Positions 5,989 to 14,875 of a DNA stretch of 27,180 nt are shown piece after piece. The number at the start of each line of letters is the position of its first letter. The stretch's first letter is position 1. The notes under the pieces are model-generated. The model saw nothing but the letters and a program-made list of their open reading frames with translations. It was not told where the DNA came from and did not search any database. The position numbers and the translations under genes were made by a program. The DNA lies in the NCBI GenBank assembly GCA_964593735.1, contig CAZQJF010000001.1:1-27180 (forward strand). Reading direction: 5' to 3'. This DNA comes from an uncultured Streptomycetaceae bacterium. GTDB lineage: Bacteria; Pseudomonadota; Gammaproteobacteria; Burkholderiales; SG8-41.

Positions 5989-7530
5989 ATGACCACGATC
6001 TCATCCAATGCGCCGCCAACCGCGGCAGGAACCTTCGCCCGGCTGCTTCGCGGATGGTCGAATCCGCGGGGCGGCCCGGCGGACGTGCGCGACCTGGCCT
6101 ACGTGGCCGACCACAATCTCCGAGCCAACCTCGCCCTGCTCGCCGGGATCGCTCTGCTCGGCGTGCTCGGCGGCGCCGCGGTCGCCGTCACCGGATGGAA
6201 CGCGCTCGTCCTCGTCATCTCGCTGATCGGCTGCGCGTTCATATTCCTCGACTTCAGAGTCGGCGTGGTGCTGCTCATGCTGTTGGTGCCGCTCTCGAGA
6301 AGCTACCTGTTCCCGCACGCGATGTTCGGCGTCACCGGCGCCAATCCGCTGAACCTGCTGGTCGCCGTAACACTGGGCTCGTACCTGCTCCAGGCGCTGA
6401 CGGGGGGCGGCCTGCGCCGGTTCCTACCTGCTCCGTTGGTGTGGCTGTATCTCGCGCCCATCGTGATCGCCGGCTTCATCGGCTCGCGTCACGTCGGCGA
6501 GATCGCGCCCGCCTTCGAATTGACCACGGGGCTCAAGTTGTACTCGAGCGCGGCCGGATACCTGCAGGAGACCGTGTTGAAGCCGCTCATGATCGTGGTG
6601 TCTGCGGTCCTGATCGGGGCCGCGGTCGCAAGATCGCAGAAGCCGGAGAGGTTCCTCGTGCCGATGCTGGCGTCGGTCTGGGCGATGAGTTTGATGGTCA
6701 TCGTGTTCGTGGCGCTTTCGGGCGTCGGGTTGAGCACGCTCGCGAGCAGTACCCAGCGCGAGTTCCTCTCCGCGCTGGGGCTGCACGCCAACGATCTCGG
6801 CCGCCTCTACACGGTCGCCTACGCGCTGCTGCTCTTTACCTGGGCCGGATCGAAGGAACGGGGCTTGAGAATCATGCTGCTCGCTTCGATGGGCGTGGTG
6901 GTGGTGGCATTGATGCTGACGTTCTCACGCAGCGCGTTCCTGGGGTTCATCTTTGTGAATCTGCTGTTCCTCCTCTGGCGCTTCAATGCGAAGACCTTCT
7001 TCCTGTTCGTGGCGCTCATTGCCGTGGGTGCGTTGCTGGTGCCGGGGGCGGTCTACGAGCGGCTGTCGTACGGAATGGGCGAGGGAGCGGATGCGATCTC
7101 CGCCGGGCGCGTCGAAGGGCTCTGGCTGCCCCTCCTTCCCGAAATCTTGAAGAGCCCGATCTGGGGCAGCGGCCTCGGCTCGATACTCTGGTCCGAAGCG
7201 ATGCGGCAAGGCGGAGGAAACACCGTCTTGCTGGTCACCCACCCGCACAGCGCGTACCTGGAGGCAGCGCTCGACATGGGCATCCTCGGCCTGATCCTGC
7301 TTTGCGCCTACTTCGCACACGTCTGGCGGGGCTTTCGCGCGCTGATCGCGACTCCGGGATTGAGTCCCACCCTGCGCGGCTTCTACCAGGGAGCGATTGC
7401 CGGGTTGCTGGTGGGCGTGTTGATCACCGGCCTCGCGGACGGCAGCCTGACGCCGCGGCCGGAGCACGCCTTCCTGTGGTTCGCCATCGGCATGATGTAC
7501 GGCCAGACTTCCCGGAAGCAGGCAGCCTGA
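5989..7530 (+). CDS. O-antigen ligase / Wzy polymerase-family membrane protein, 513 aa
   Basis: Many TM segments with the motifs HANDLG, LTFSRSAFLG, PIWGSGLGS and HPHSAYLE…MGILGL, typical of the Wzy_C/O-antigen ligase family. Confidence 0.82.
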   Translation: MTTISSNAPPTAAGTFARLLRGWSNPRGGPADVRDLAYVADHNLRANLALLAGIALLGVLGGAAVAVTGWNALVLVISLIGCAFIFLDFRVGVVLLMLLVPLSRSYLFPHAMFGVTGANPLNLLVAVTLGSYLLQALTGGGLRRFLPAPLVWLYLAPIVIAGFIGSRHVGEIAPAFELTTGLKLYSSAAGYLQETVLKPLMIVVSAVLIGAAVARSQKPERFLVPMLASVWAMSLMVIVFVALSGVGLSTLASSTQREFLSALGLHANDLGRLYTVAYALLLFTWAGSKERGLRIMLLASMGVVVVALMLTFSRSAFLGFIFVNLLFLLWRFNAKTFFLFVALIAVGALLVPGAVYERLSYGMGEGADAISAGRVEGLWLPLLPEILKSPIWGSGLGSILWSEAMRQGGGNTVLLVTHPHSAYLEAALDMGILGLILLCAYFAHVWRGFRALIATPGLSPTLRGFYQGAIAGLLVGVLITGLADGSLTPRPEHAFLWFAIGMMYGQTSRKQAA

Positions 7531-7576
7531 TGACTGCTGCACGCATGTTCGGCTCCCACCGGTCGGCACGGGTCCC

Positions 7577-9100
7577 GTGACCAACAACACAACTGAGGCA
7601 ACCGACGCCGGGGTCGTACCGCCCAACGTACAGCGACGGTTGGGCCAGCGCGCGCTGTCGCTGGGGGCCGCGAACGCCTTCGACTACGCCATCCAGTTCC
7701 TCCTGCCCGTGGTGCTGGTGCGCTGCCTCGATGCCGAAGCCTTCGGGCAGTACCGTCTGCTGTGGCTGGTGGTGGGGACGGTCATGGCGTTCCTGCCGCT
7801 GGCGATGGAAGCGAGCCTGTATTACTACCTGCCCCGGTCGGATGCTACGGGTAAACGGCTCTACATCAACCAGACGCTGGTATTTTTTGCGGCCGCCGGC
7901 CTGGTCGCCGCGTGGGCGGTCAGCGCCTGGAACCCCTGGTTGCCGGCGAAGCTGCAGGGGTTCTCGGACCCCGAGATCATCGTGCCCGCGTTCATGGCGC
8001 TATGGGTGGTGTCCTCGGTGCTCGATCTGCTGCCCACCATCGAGGAGCGGGTGGTCTGGCAGGCGAAGGCGACGGTCGGACTGGCGCTGGTGCGCGCCGT
8101 TGCAATGTCCCTGGTTGCCTGGCTCACGGGGGAACTCACGCCCGTGCTGCTGACGCTGCTCGCGTTCGTGTTGTTCAAGTCCGCGCTGCTGTTGCGCTAC
8201 GTCGCGGTCCATCACGGCTTGCGCGGACCGGTGCTGCGCCGTAAAACGTTCGCGGAGCAGATGACCTTCGTGGCCCCGTTCTGGGTGGGCGGCGTGCTCT
8301 ACGGATTGCGGACGCAGGCGGACCAGTGGGTGGCGGCGACGCTGTTTTCCCTGGGCATGTTCGCGTCGTTCTCGATCGCCGCGGTACTCGGCCCGCTGGT
8401 GAACCTGTGCCGGGTGTCGGTCAACAACGCCTTCCTGCCGAGCATGAGCCGGCTGCAGGCCGCGGGCAGCATAACCGGCATGCTCGAGCTGAACAGCCGC
8501 GCCAACGTGATGGTCGGAGCGCTCGTCTTCCCGCTGCTCGCCTTCACGTTCGTGTTTGCCGAGGAGATCGTCACGATCGTCTATACCGACGCCTACGTCG
8601 CCGCGGCGCCGGTCATGCGCCTGTATATCGTCGGCTTCGCAGCGCTGGTGGTCGAGCTCGCCAGCATTACGTTGCTCCTGCGCCAGGGCCCGTTCATGTT
8701 ATGGGTAAACCTCGCTGCGCTGGTCGTGTCCTTCGCCATGAACTGGTATGGGGCGCAGTACTTCGGCCTGCCGGGAGCGGCGGCAGGCACCGTGTTCGCG
8801 ATCTGCGGCGATCGCGTGATCACCCTGTGGCGCATCTCGCGCCTCACCGGTGTTGCGATACGTTCGTTGCAGGACTGGCGCACGCTCGGCGTGCTGGCGG
8901 TCATGTCCGCGCTGGCCGCGGCGCTGGCGTGGGGCATAGTGGGCAGCTATCTCGCCGCGAGCGGGCCGGTCACCCGCGTAGCCGCAGGCGGGCTGGTGAT
9001 CGCGGTCGCCTACGTTGCGCTGCGCGCGTGCGCGGGCATGGACCGGGAGCTGCTGCGCGAGCTCCGCAATTACCGGCAGGGCATGGGAGCGAAGTCGTGA
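7577..9100 (+). CDS. wzx: Polysaccharide flippase (Wzx, MOP superfamily), 507 aa, GTG start
   Basis: About 12-14 hydrophobic segments, with LLPVVLVRCLDAEAFGQYRL in the first loop, FASFSIA, and LVFPLLAFTFVFAEEIVTIVYTDAY…AAPVMR. It lies within the EPS operon. Confidence 0.82.
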   Translation: MTNNTTEATDAGVVPPNVQRRLGQRALSLGAANAFDYAIQFLLPVVLVRCLDAEAFGQYRLLWLVVGTVMAFLPLAMEASLYYYLPRSDATGKRLYINQTLVFFAAAGLVAAWAVSAWNPWLPAKLQGFSDPEIIVPAFMALWVVSSVLDLLPTIEERVVWQAKATVGLALVRAVAMSLVAWLTGELTPVLLTLLAFVLFKSALLLRYVAVHHGLRGPVLRRKTFAEQMTFVAPFWVGGVLYGLRTQADQWVAATLFSLGMFASFSIAAVLGPLVNLCRVSVNNAFLPSMSRLQAAGSITGMLELNSRANVMVGALVFPLLAFTFVFAEEIVTIVYTDAYVAAAPVMRLYIVGFAALVVELASITLLLRQGPFMLWVNLAALVVSFAMNWYGAQYFGLPGAAAGTVFAICGDRVITLWRISRLTGVAIRSLQDWRTLGVLAVMSALAAALAWGIVGSYLAASGPVTRVAAGGLVIAVAYVALRACAGMDRELLRELRNYRQGMGAKS

Positions 9101-10251
9101 TGCGGCTGCTTTTCGTCACCACTTCGTTGATCTACGGCGGCGCCGAGCGCCACGCGGTCACCCTCATGAATCGCATGACGGAGCGCGGACACGAGACGCA
9201 CGCCGTCCACGTCAAGGACGTGAAACCCGACCAGGCCGATCGCATCCGGCTGGGTGTAGCCGGAACCCTGCGCTGTCTCAATGCGGCGCGCTATTTCGAC
9301 CGGCGCGCGGTGGCCGATTTCGCCGACCACCTGACGCGTATCCGCCCCTCGGTGATCGTCGCGGCGAATCCCTATGCGCTCATGTACGCCTGGCTGGCGC
9401 TGCGCCTTGCCCGCACCGGCACGCGCACGGCGCTCGTCGTGACCTATCACTCGACCCGGCTCCTGAACGTCAAGGAACGCCTGCAGATGATGCTCTATCG
9501 CCTGTTCTTCTGGACGGCGGATTTCTCGGTCTTCGTCTGCGAAAAGCAGCGGCGCTACTGGCGCCGCCGCGGGGTATTTTCGCGCCGCAGCGAAGTGATC
9601 TATAACGGCGTGGATACGGACGAGTACTGCGACACGACGGGCCCCGAGAAACGCGCCGCCCTGCGCAGCGCGCTCGGTTTTGCCGAAACGGACTACGTAA
9701 TCGGCATTTCGGCCTGGTTGCGCCCGGAGAAGAACCACCTGCAGCTGGTGGATGCCGTTGCGGCGCTGCGCAAGAAGGGCATTCCGGCCCGGGCGCTGAT
9801 GATCGGCGAGGGCGAGATGCGCCAGGCGATCGAGGCGCGCGCGCGCGCGCTCGAGGTCGAAAACCACGTCGTGATCACGGGACACCAGGAAGACGTCCGC
9901 CCTTGCATCGCCGCGTCGGACGCCATGGTGCTGTGCAGTTTCACCGAAGCGTTCTCGCTGGCGGCGATCGAGGCCATGGCGCTGTGCAAGCCGGTGGTCC
10001 ATTCCGACGTCGGCGGCGCCGCCGAGATGATCCGCTGCGCGCGGGAGGGATTTCTCTTTCCCGTGGGTGACACCGGCGCGCTCGTCGACCGGCTTGCCGC
10101 GCTTGCCGATCGCGGGCTGGCGGCCCGTCTGGGCGCCCAGGCACGCGTGGCCGTCGAAACGCGTTTTTCGGAGCGCACGATGGTCGACCGCTACGAAAGC
10201 CTGCTGCTGGAGCTTTCCGGACGTACCAGCCCGTCACCCGCCGCCGTTTAG
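9100..10251 (+). CDS. Glycosyltransferase family 4 (GT-B, retaining), 383 aa
   Basis: The ATG overlaps the wzx stop (TGATG at 9098-9102). Motifs GGAERH, VIYNGVD, LRPEKNH, EX7E (EAFSLAAIE) and EAMALCKPVV. The track's 8326 start is a shadow extension. Confidence 0.9.
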   Translation: MRLLFVTTSLIYGGAERHAVTLMNRMTERGHETHAVHVKDVKPDQADRIRLGVAGTLRCLNAARYFDRRAVADFADHLTRIRPSVIVAANPYALMYAWLALRLARTGTRTALVVTYHSTRLLNVKERLQMMLYRLFFWTADFSVFVCEKQRRYWRRRGVFSRRSEVIYNGVDTDEYCDTTGPEKRAALRSALGFAETDYVIGISAWLRPEKNHLQLVDAVAALRKKGIPARALMIGEGEMRQAIEARARALEVENHVVITGHQEDVRPCIAASDAMVLCSFTEAFSLAAIEAMALCKPVVHSDVGGAAEMIRCAREGFLFPVGDTGALVDRLAALADRGLAARLGAQARVAVETRFSERTMVDRYESLLLELSGRTSPSPAAV

Positions 10252-10298
10252 CCGTCAATTGTGACGGCGCCGCTCTGCCATGGTCCATTTGGACCATG
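10251..10298. promoter_or_regulatory. Two short palindromes in the GT4/propeller intergenic region (GCCGTCA-attg-TGACGGC; CATGGTCC-attt-GGACCATG)
   Basis: Read directly at 10251-10268 and 10279-10298. Function unknown (operators or RNA stems). Confidence 0.4.
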
Positions 10299-10364
10299 CC
10301 TCCCGCAATTCCCCTACACAGTGAGTTCCGACAATGGCCTAACGCCGGAATCGAAGGTCGAACG

Positions 10365-12200
10365 ATGCTTGAAAATGCGCCATCCCCGGAACCTGTCAGC
10401 GTAGCGACCCCGTCGCGGGGAGAGCCTGGCGAGCGCACGTTCCTGCCTTCGGAAACACCGGCGAGCGATGGCAGACTTCGAGTCGGCGTGTTCGCCGATT
10501 CGCCGCTGCAGCCGCGCTGGATCGTCGAGGCGTTGGCCAGGGTGGCGGACTCCGATTTCGCGCTTGTCGTGGCGGTCGCTGAGAGGCGTTCGACGCCACC
10601 GGCGCTGCCCTGGCTGTGGCGCGTGTACAGCCGCCTCGACCACCGCGTTTTCGGCTCGGCGCCGGATCCGTCGGAGGGCGTGGCGCTGAAGGACCGCGTG
10701 GCGCACCTCCAGTTCATGTCCCTGCCGGAACACGACGCGGCGGACACGGTCATCGCGGCGTGGCGCGCGCGGATCATGGCCCTGGATCTCGATGTCGCGT
10801 TTGCGGCGGGCAACGTGGCCGATTCCCTGCTGGACGGCGTAGCGAAGTACGGCGTGTGGCGCTACTGCTTCGGTGAAGAGTGCGCATCGCTCGAAGTGGC
10901 GGCAGGCTTTCGCGAAGCGGCCGGCGGCGCCCCGGTGACGGCGTCGGCGCTGAGGGTCTGCCGCGGCGGCGAGACCGACGACCGGCTCGTTTACCGCTCC
11001 TGGTCGCGCACGTATCCGCTCTCGGTGGCCCGGAACCGCAGCAACTTCCTGCACAAGTCTGCGCAGTTCGCGGGCAGGGCGCTGCGGCAGCTGCATCGCT
11101 CGCCCAGCGAGTGGCTGCAGCAGTGGGAGTCCCTGCCGCGCGCCCCCGCGAGCCCGGCCCCCGGGATGCCCGGCACCGGCGAGACCGTGCGCGCCGTGGC
11201 GCAGCTTGCCGGGAGGCAGGCGCAGCGCGGGCTCCAGAAGCTGCTCTACGTGGATCAGTGGTTTCTCGCCTACCGGTTCGGGCCGCAGGAGCGCTGGCAG
11301 GGCGACCTGCGGGACTACACGTGTCTCGTGCCTCCCACGGATCGCATCTGGGCCGATCCGTTCCCGATCGAGCGCAACGGCAGACACTTCATTTTCTTCG
11401 AAGAGGTGATACTCGCGTCGGGCAAGGGTCACATTGCCGTCGTGGAGGTCGATCGCAAGGGGGTGTGTTCCCCGCCGGTGCGCGTGCTGGAGCGCGATTA
11501 CCACCTCTCGTATCCCAGTCTCATCGAGCACGAAGGGCAGCTCTTCATGGTTCCCGAGACCGGCGACAACCGGACCGTCGAGCTTTACCGCTGCATCGAA
11601 TTTCCCGGCCGCTGGCGCCTGGAAAAAGTGCTGCTGCGCGACGCCTGGTTCACGGATGCGACCCTGCACCGCGACGGCGACAAGTGGTGGATGTTCGTCA
11701 ACATCGGCCTGGAAGGGGCCGAGGCCCACGACGAGCTGCACCTTTATTTCGCCGACGATCTCATGGGTGAGTGGCGGCCTCATCGCGGCAATCCGGTCAA
11801 GTCCGACGCCCGGTGCGCTCGCCCGGCGGGCCGGCCCTATCTGCGCGACGGGGTGCTCTACCGCCCGGCCCAGATCTGCGCGCCGCTCTACGGCAGCGGT
11901 ATTTCGATCAACCGGGTGCTTCATGTGTCGCCGCAGGCTTATGTCGAGCGGGAGGAAGAGCGCATCCTGCCGCCGGGTCCCGCTGATCAGGGACTGCTGG
12001 GAATACACACCGTCAATCGCGCCGGCGACCTGAGCGTGGTGGACGTTTTCATGCGCCGCAGGCGGCTGGGAGCGCGCGGCCCGCGCGCCATCAGCCTAGC
12101 AGCCTGTCGGACTCGATGCTCCGACCGGCTGCTAAATGCAAAACCGCCCGCAGACTTGCAACAGTGCGGGGGTGAAAGGACCTGTTTTTGCGATTACTAA
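10365..12200 (+). CDS. Degenerate formyltransferase-like N-domain plus a GINT1-N-like (GH32/43-type five-bladed beta-propeller) C-domain, ~611 aa
   Basis: The C-half has the propeller motifs WADPFP, FIFFEE, YHLSYP, FMVPET, RPAG, RPAQ and IHT. The N-half has DLDV…AKYGVWRY…LVYRSWSRT, resembling formyltransferase-fold domains in this family. GAAGG at 10353-10357 favours the ATG at 10365 over 10296. Confidence 0.7.
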   Translation: MLENAPSPEPVSVATPSRGEPGERTFLPSETPASDGRLRVGVFADSPLQPRWIVEALARVADSDFALVVAVAERRSTPPALPWLWRVYSRLDHRVFGSAPDPSEGVALKDRVAHLQFMSLPEHDAADTVIAAWRARIMALDLDVAFAAGNVADSLLDGVAKYGVWRYCFGEECASLEVAAGFREAAGGAPVTASALRVCRGGETDDRLVYRSWSRTYPLSVARNRSNFLHKSAQFAGRALRQLHRSPSEWLQQWESLPRAPASPAPGMPGTGETVRAVAQLAGRQAQRGLQKLLYVDQWFLAYRFGPQERWQGDLRDYTCLVPPTDRIWADPFPIERNGRHFIFFEEVILASGKGHIAVVEVDRKGVCSPPVRVLERDYHLSYPSLIEHEGQLFMVPETGDNRTVELYRCIEFPGRWRLEKVLLRDAWFTDATLHRDGDKWWMFVNIGLEGAEAHDELHLYFADDLMGEWRPHRGNPVKSDARCARPAGRPYLRDGVLYRPAQICAPLYGSGISINRVLHVSPQAYVEREEERILPPGPADQGLLGIHTVNRAGDLSVVDVFMRRRRLGARGPRAISLAACRTRCSDRLLNAKPPADLQQCGGERTCFCDY

Positions 12201-12305
12201 GGACACAAGCGGGGCCGAATTCACGTATTTCGAATCAGATTGCGCTGTTTTCCTGCGGGCGGTTTTGCCTAAGGAGTGTGTCGGGACCAAGTCCGACACA
12301 CTCCT
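12097..12305. repeat. Symmetric element: hairpin (12097-12134), 16-bp IR (12138-12153), 99-bp spacer, 16-bp IR (12253-12268), hairpin (12272-12305)
   Basis: gcaaaaccgcccgcag / ctgcgggcggttttgc are perfect inverted repeats. The flanking hairpins tagcagcc-t-gtcgga…tccgac-c-ggctgcta and aggagtgtgtcgg…ccgacacactcct are each 3 bp from the IRs. Confidence 0.8.
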
Positions 12306-12395
12306 GGGCGATGCCGATCCGGGTCTTGCCGCGCAGGTAGCGTGAACCGGTGAGCCGGAAGACATGCGCGGGAACCCAAAAAGGAGCGAACGACG

Positions 12396-13496
12396 ATGAG
12401 TAACTATGAAGAGGTGCAGGAGCAATTGCGCGGCCGGTCCCGCACCTGGGTGGTGACCGGCGCCGCGGGATTCATCGGCTCCCACCTGGTGGAAACCCTG
12501 CTCGGGCTCGATCAGCGGGTGATCGCGCTGGACAATTTTTCCACCGGCAAACGGGGCAACCTGCTGCACATGAAAGAGGCAGTGACCGAAGCCCAGTGGC
12601 GGAATTTTCGTTTCATCGAGGGCGACATCCGTTCGGTGGATGTTTGCCGCCGGGTTTGCCGCCGGGCGGATTTCGTGCTGCACCACGCGGCGCTCGGCAG
12701 CGTGCCGCAATCCATCGAGCAGCCGATCGGCGCGCATGAAAACAATATCACGGGGTTTCTCAACATGCTGGTGGCTGCGCGCGACGCCGGCGTAACGCGG
12801 TTCGTTTACGCGAGCTCCAGTGCGACCTACGGCGACCATCCCGGCCTGCCGCAGGTCGAGTCCGAAATCGGCCGGCCGTTGTCGCCGTACGGGCTTACCA
12901 AATTCGTGAACGAGCTTTACGCGGAGATCTTCGCGAGCTGCTACGGGTTCGACTCGATCGGGCTGCGGTATTTCAACGTGTTCGGCCCGCGCCAGGACCC
13001 GGCCGGCGCCTACGCTGCGGTGATCCCGAAGTGGGCCGCCGCCATGATCGGCAACGAGCCCGTGTTCATCAACGGCGACGGCGAAACGGTGCGCGACTTC
13101 TGCTATGTCGGCAACGTGGTTCAGGCGAATTTGCTGGCGGCCGTGGCCGAGAATCCCGCCGCCGTAAACCAGGTCTACAACATCGCCCTGGGCGGCAGGA
13201 CGACTCTCAACGAGCTCTTCGAGATGATTCGCTCGCTGCTCGAGCCGCGCTGTCCCTGGCTGCGCGACGCGCGCCCGGTCTATCGCGATTTTCGCACCGG
13301 CGATGTGCGCCTCTCGCAGGCCGAAATCGGCAAGGCGCGGCGGCTGCTCGGCTACGAACCGGCATGGCGGGTGAGCGACGGGCTGGCGCGCGCGATCGAC
13401 TGGTACGCGGCAAAGACGCCGGTGCAGCGTTCTCACAACTCCGGGGCGCGGGAGTCGTGGCGGGGAATGAACGGCGCCTTGAGAAGTTATACCTGA
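12396..13496 (+). CDS. NAD-dependent UDP-GlcNAc/GalNAc 4-epimerase (WbpP/TviC-like extended SDR), 366 aa
   Basis: AAGGAG RBS, GAAGFIG Rossmann motif, [26 protein letters not shown] (YxxxK) and [14 protein letters not shown]. Confidence 0.92.
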   Translation: MSNYEEVQEQLRGRSRTWVVTGAAGFIGSHLVETLLGLDQRVIALDNFSTGKRGNLLHMKEAVTEAQWRNFRFIEGDIRSVDVCRRVCRRADFVLHHAALGSVPQSIEQPIGAHENNITGFLNMLVAARDAGVTRFVYASSSATYGDHPGLPQVESEIGRPLSPYGLTKFVNELYAEIFASCYGFDSIGLRYFNVFGPRQDPAGAYAAVIPKWAAAMIGNEPVFINGDGETVRDFCYVGNVVQANLLAAVAENPAAVNQVYNIALGGRTTLNELFEMIRSLLEPRCPWLRDARPVYRDFRTGDVRLSQAEIGKARRLLGYEPAWRVSDGLARAIDWYAAKTPVQRSHNSGARESWRGMNGALRSYT

Positions 13497-13506
13497 AGGC
13501 TGAAGC

Positions 13507-13590
13507 ATGTCCTCATTCAAATCCGTCTCTCTGCGCGCGGCAGCGGTTCCCGGCGCCGCGGCGAACCCTGCGGTAACCCCCGCGGCGGCC
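13507..13590 (+). pseudogene. Probable 5' end of the next gene (MSSFKSVSLRAAAVPGAAANPAVTPAAA), cut at the fold-back axis
   Basis: The ATG is 10 bp after the epimerase stop, with GAAGG at 13495-13499, and the frame stays open for 28 codons up to the axis. It reads through into mirror sequence and stops at 13668. Mirror copy 13591..13674 (-). Confidence 0.45.
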
Positions 13591-13684
13591 GGCCGCCGCG
13601 GGGGTTACCGCAGGGTTCGCCGCGGCGCCGGGAACCGCTGCCGCGCGCAGAGAGACGGATTTGAATGAGGACATGCTTCAGCCT

Positions 13685-14785
13685 TCAGGTATAACTTCTC
13701 AAGGCGCCGTTCATTCCCCGCCACGACTCCCGCGCCCCGGAGTTGTGAGAACGCTGCACCGGCGTCTTTGCCGCGTACCAGTCGATCGCGCGCGCCAGCC
13801 CGTCGCTCACCCGCCATGCCGGTTCGTAGCCGAGCAGCCGCCGCGCCTTGCCGATTTCGGCCTGCGAGAGGCGCACATCGCCGGTGCGAAAATCGCGATA
13901 GACCGGGCGCGCGTCGCGCAGCCAGGGACAGCGCGGCTCGAGCAGCGAGCGAATCATCTCGAAGAGCTCGTTGAGAGTCGTCCTGCCGCCCAGGGCGATG
14001 TTGTAGACCTGGTTTACGGCGGCGGGATTCTCGGCCACGGCCGCCAGCAAATTCGCCTGAACCACGTTGCCGACATAGCAGAAGTCGCGCACCGTTTCGC
14101 CGTCGCCGTTGATGAACACGGGCTCGTTGCCGATCATGGCGGCGGCCCACTTCGGGATCACCGCAGCGTAGGCGCCGGCCGGGTCCTGGCGCGGGCCGAA
14201 CACGTTGAAATACCGCAGCCCGATCGAGTCGAACCCGTAGCAGCTCGCGAAGATCTCCGCGTAAAGCTCGTTCACGAATTTGGTAAGCCCGTACGGCGAC
14301 AACGGCCGGCCGATTTCGGACTCGACCTGCGGCAGGCCGGGATGGTCGCCGTAGGTCGCACTGGAGCTCGCGTAAACGAACCGCGTTACGCCGGCGTCGC
14401 GCGCAGCCACCAGCATGTTGAGAAACCCCGTGATATTGTTTTCATGCGCGCCGATCGGCTGCTCGATGGATTGCGGCACGCTGCCGAGCGCCGCGTGGTG
14501 CAGCACGAAATCCGCCCGGCGGCAAACCCGGCGGCAAACATCCACCGAACGGATGTCGCCCTCGATGAAACGAAAATTCCGCCACTGGGCTTCGGTCACT
14601 GCCTCTTTCATGTGCAGCAGGTTGCCCCGTTTGCCGGTGGAAAAATTGTCCAGCGCGATCACCCGCTGATCGAGCCCGAGCAGGGTTTCCACCAGGTGGG
14701 AGCCGATGAATCCCGCGGCGCCGGTCACCACCCAGGTGCGGGACCGGCCGCGCAATTGCTCCTGCACCTCTTCATAGTTACTCAT
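13685..14785 (-). CDS. Mirror copy: WbpP-like UDP-GlcNAc 4-epimerase
   Basis: Identical translation to 12396..13496. Confidence 0.9.
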   Translation of the reverse strand: MSNYEEVQEQLRGRSRTWVVTGAAGFIGSHLVETLLGLDQRVIALDNFSTGKRGNLLHMKEAVTEAQWRNFRFIEGDIRSVDVCRRVCRRADFVLHHAALGSVPQSIEQPIGAHENNITGFLNMLVAARDAGVTRFVYASSSATYGDHPGLPQVESEIGRPLSPYGLTKFVNELYAEIFASCYGFDSIGLRYFNVFGPRQDPAGAYAAVIPKWAAAMIGNEPVFINGDGETVRDFCYVGNVVQANLLAAVAENPAAVNQVYNIALGGRTTLNELFEMIRSLLEPRCPWLRDARPVYRDFRTGDVRLSQAEIGKARRLLGYEPAWRVSDGLARAIDWYAAKTPVQRSHNSGARESWRGMNGALRSYT

Positions 14786-14875
14786 CGTCGTTCGCTCCTT
14801 TTTGGGTTCCCGCGCATGTCTTCCGGCTCACCGGTTCACGCTACCTGCGCGGCAAGACCCGGATCGGCATCGCCC

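Noticed and set aside
8326-9099. 258-aa N-terminal extension of the GT4 ORF shown in the track
   Set aside because: It overlaps wzx in another frame. The GT4 homology begins at MRLLFVTT, whose ATG is coupled to the wzx stop at 9100.
13560-13621. The axis as a protelomerase (telRL-like) target
   Set aside because: It is GC-rich and inside an apparent coding start, I see no resemblance to known telomere-resolution sites, and there is no resolvase in the window. Kept only as a testable alternative.
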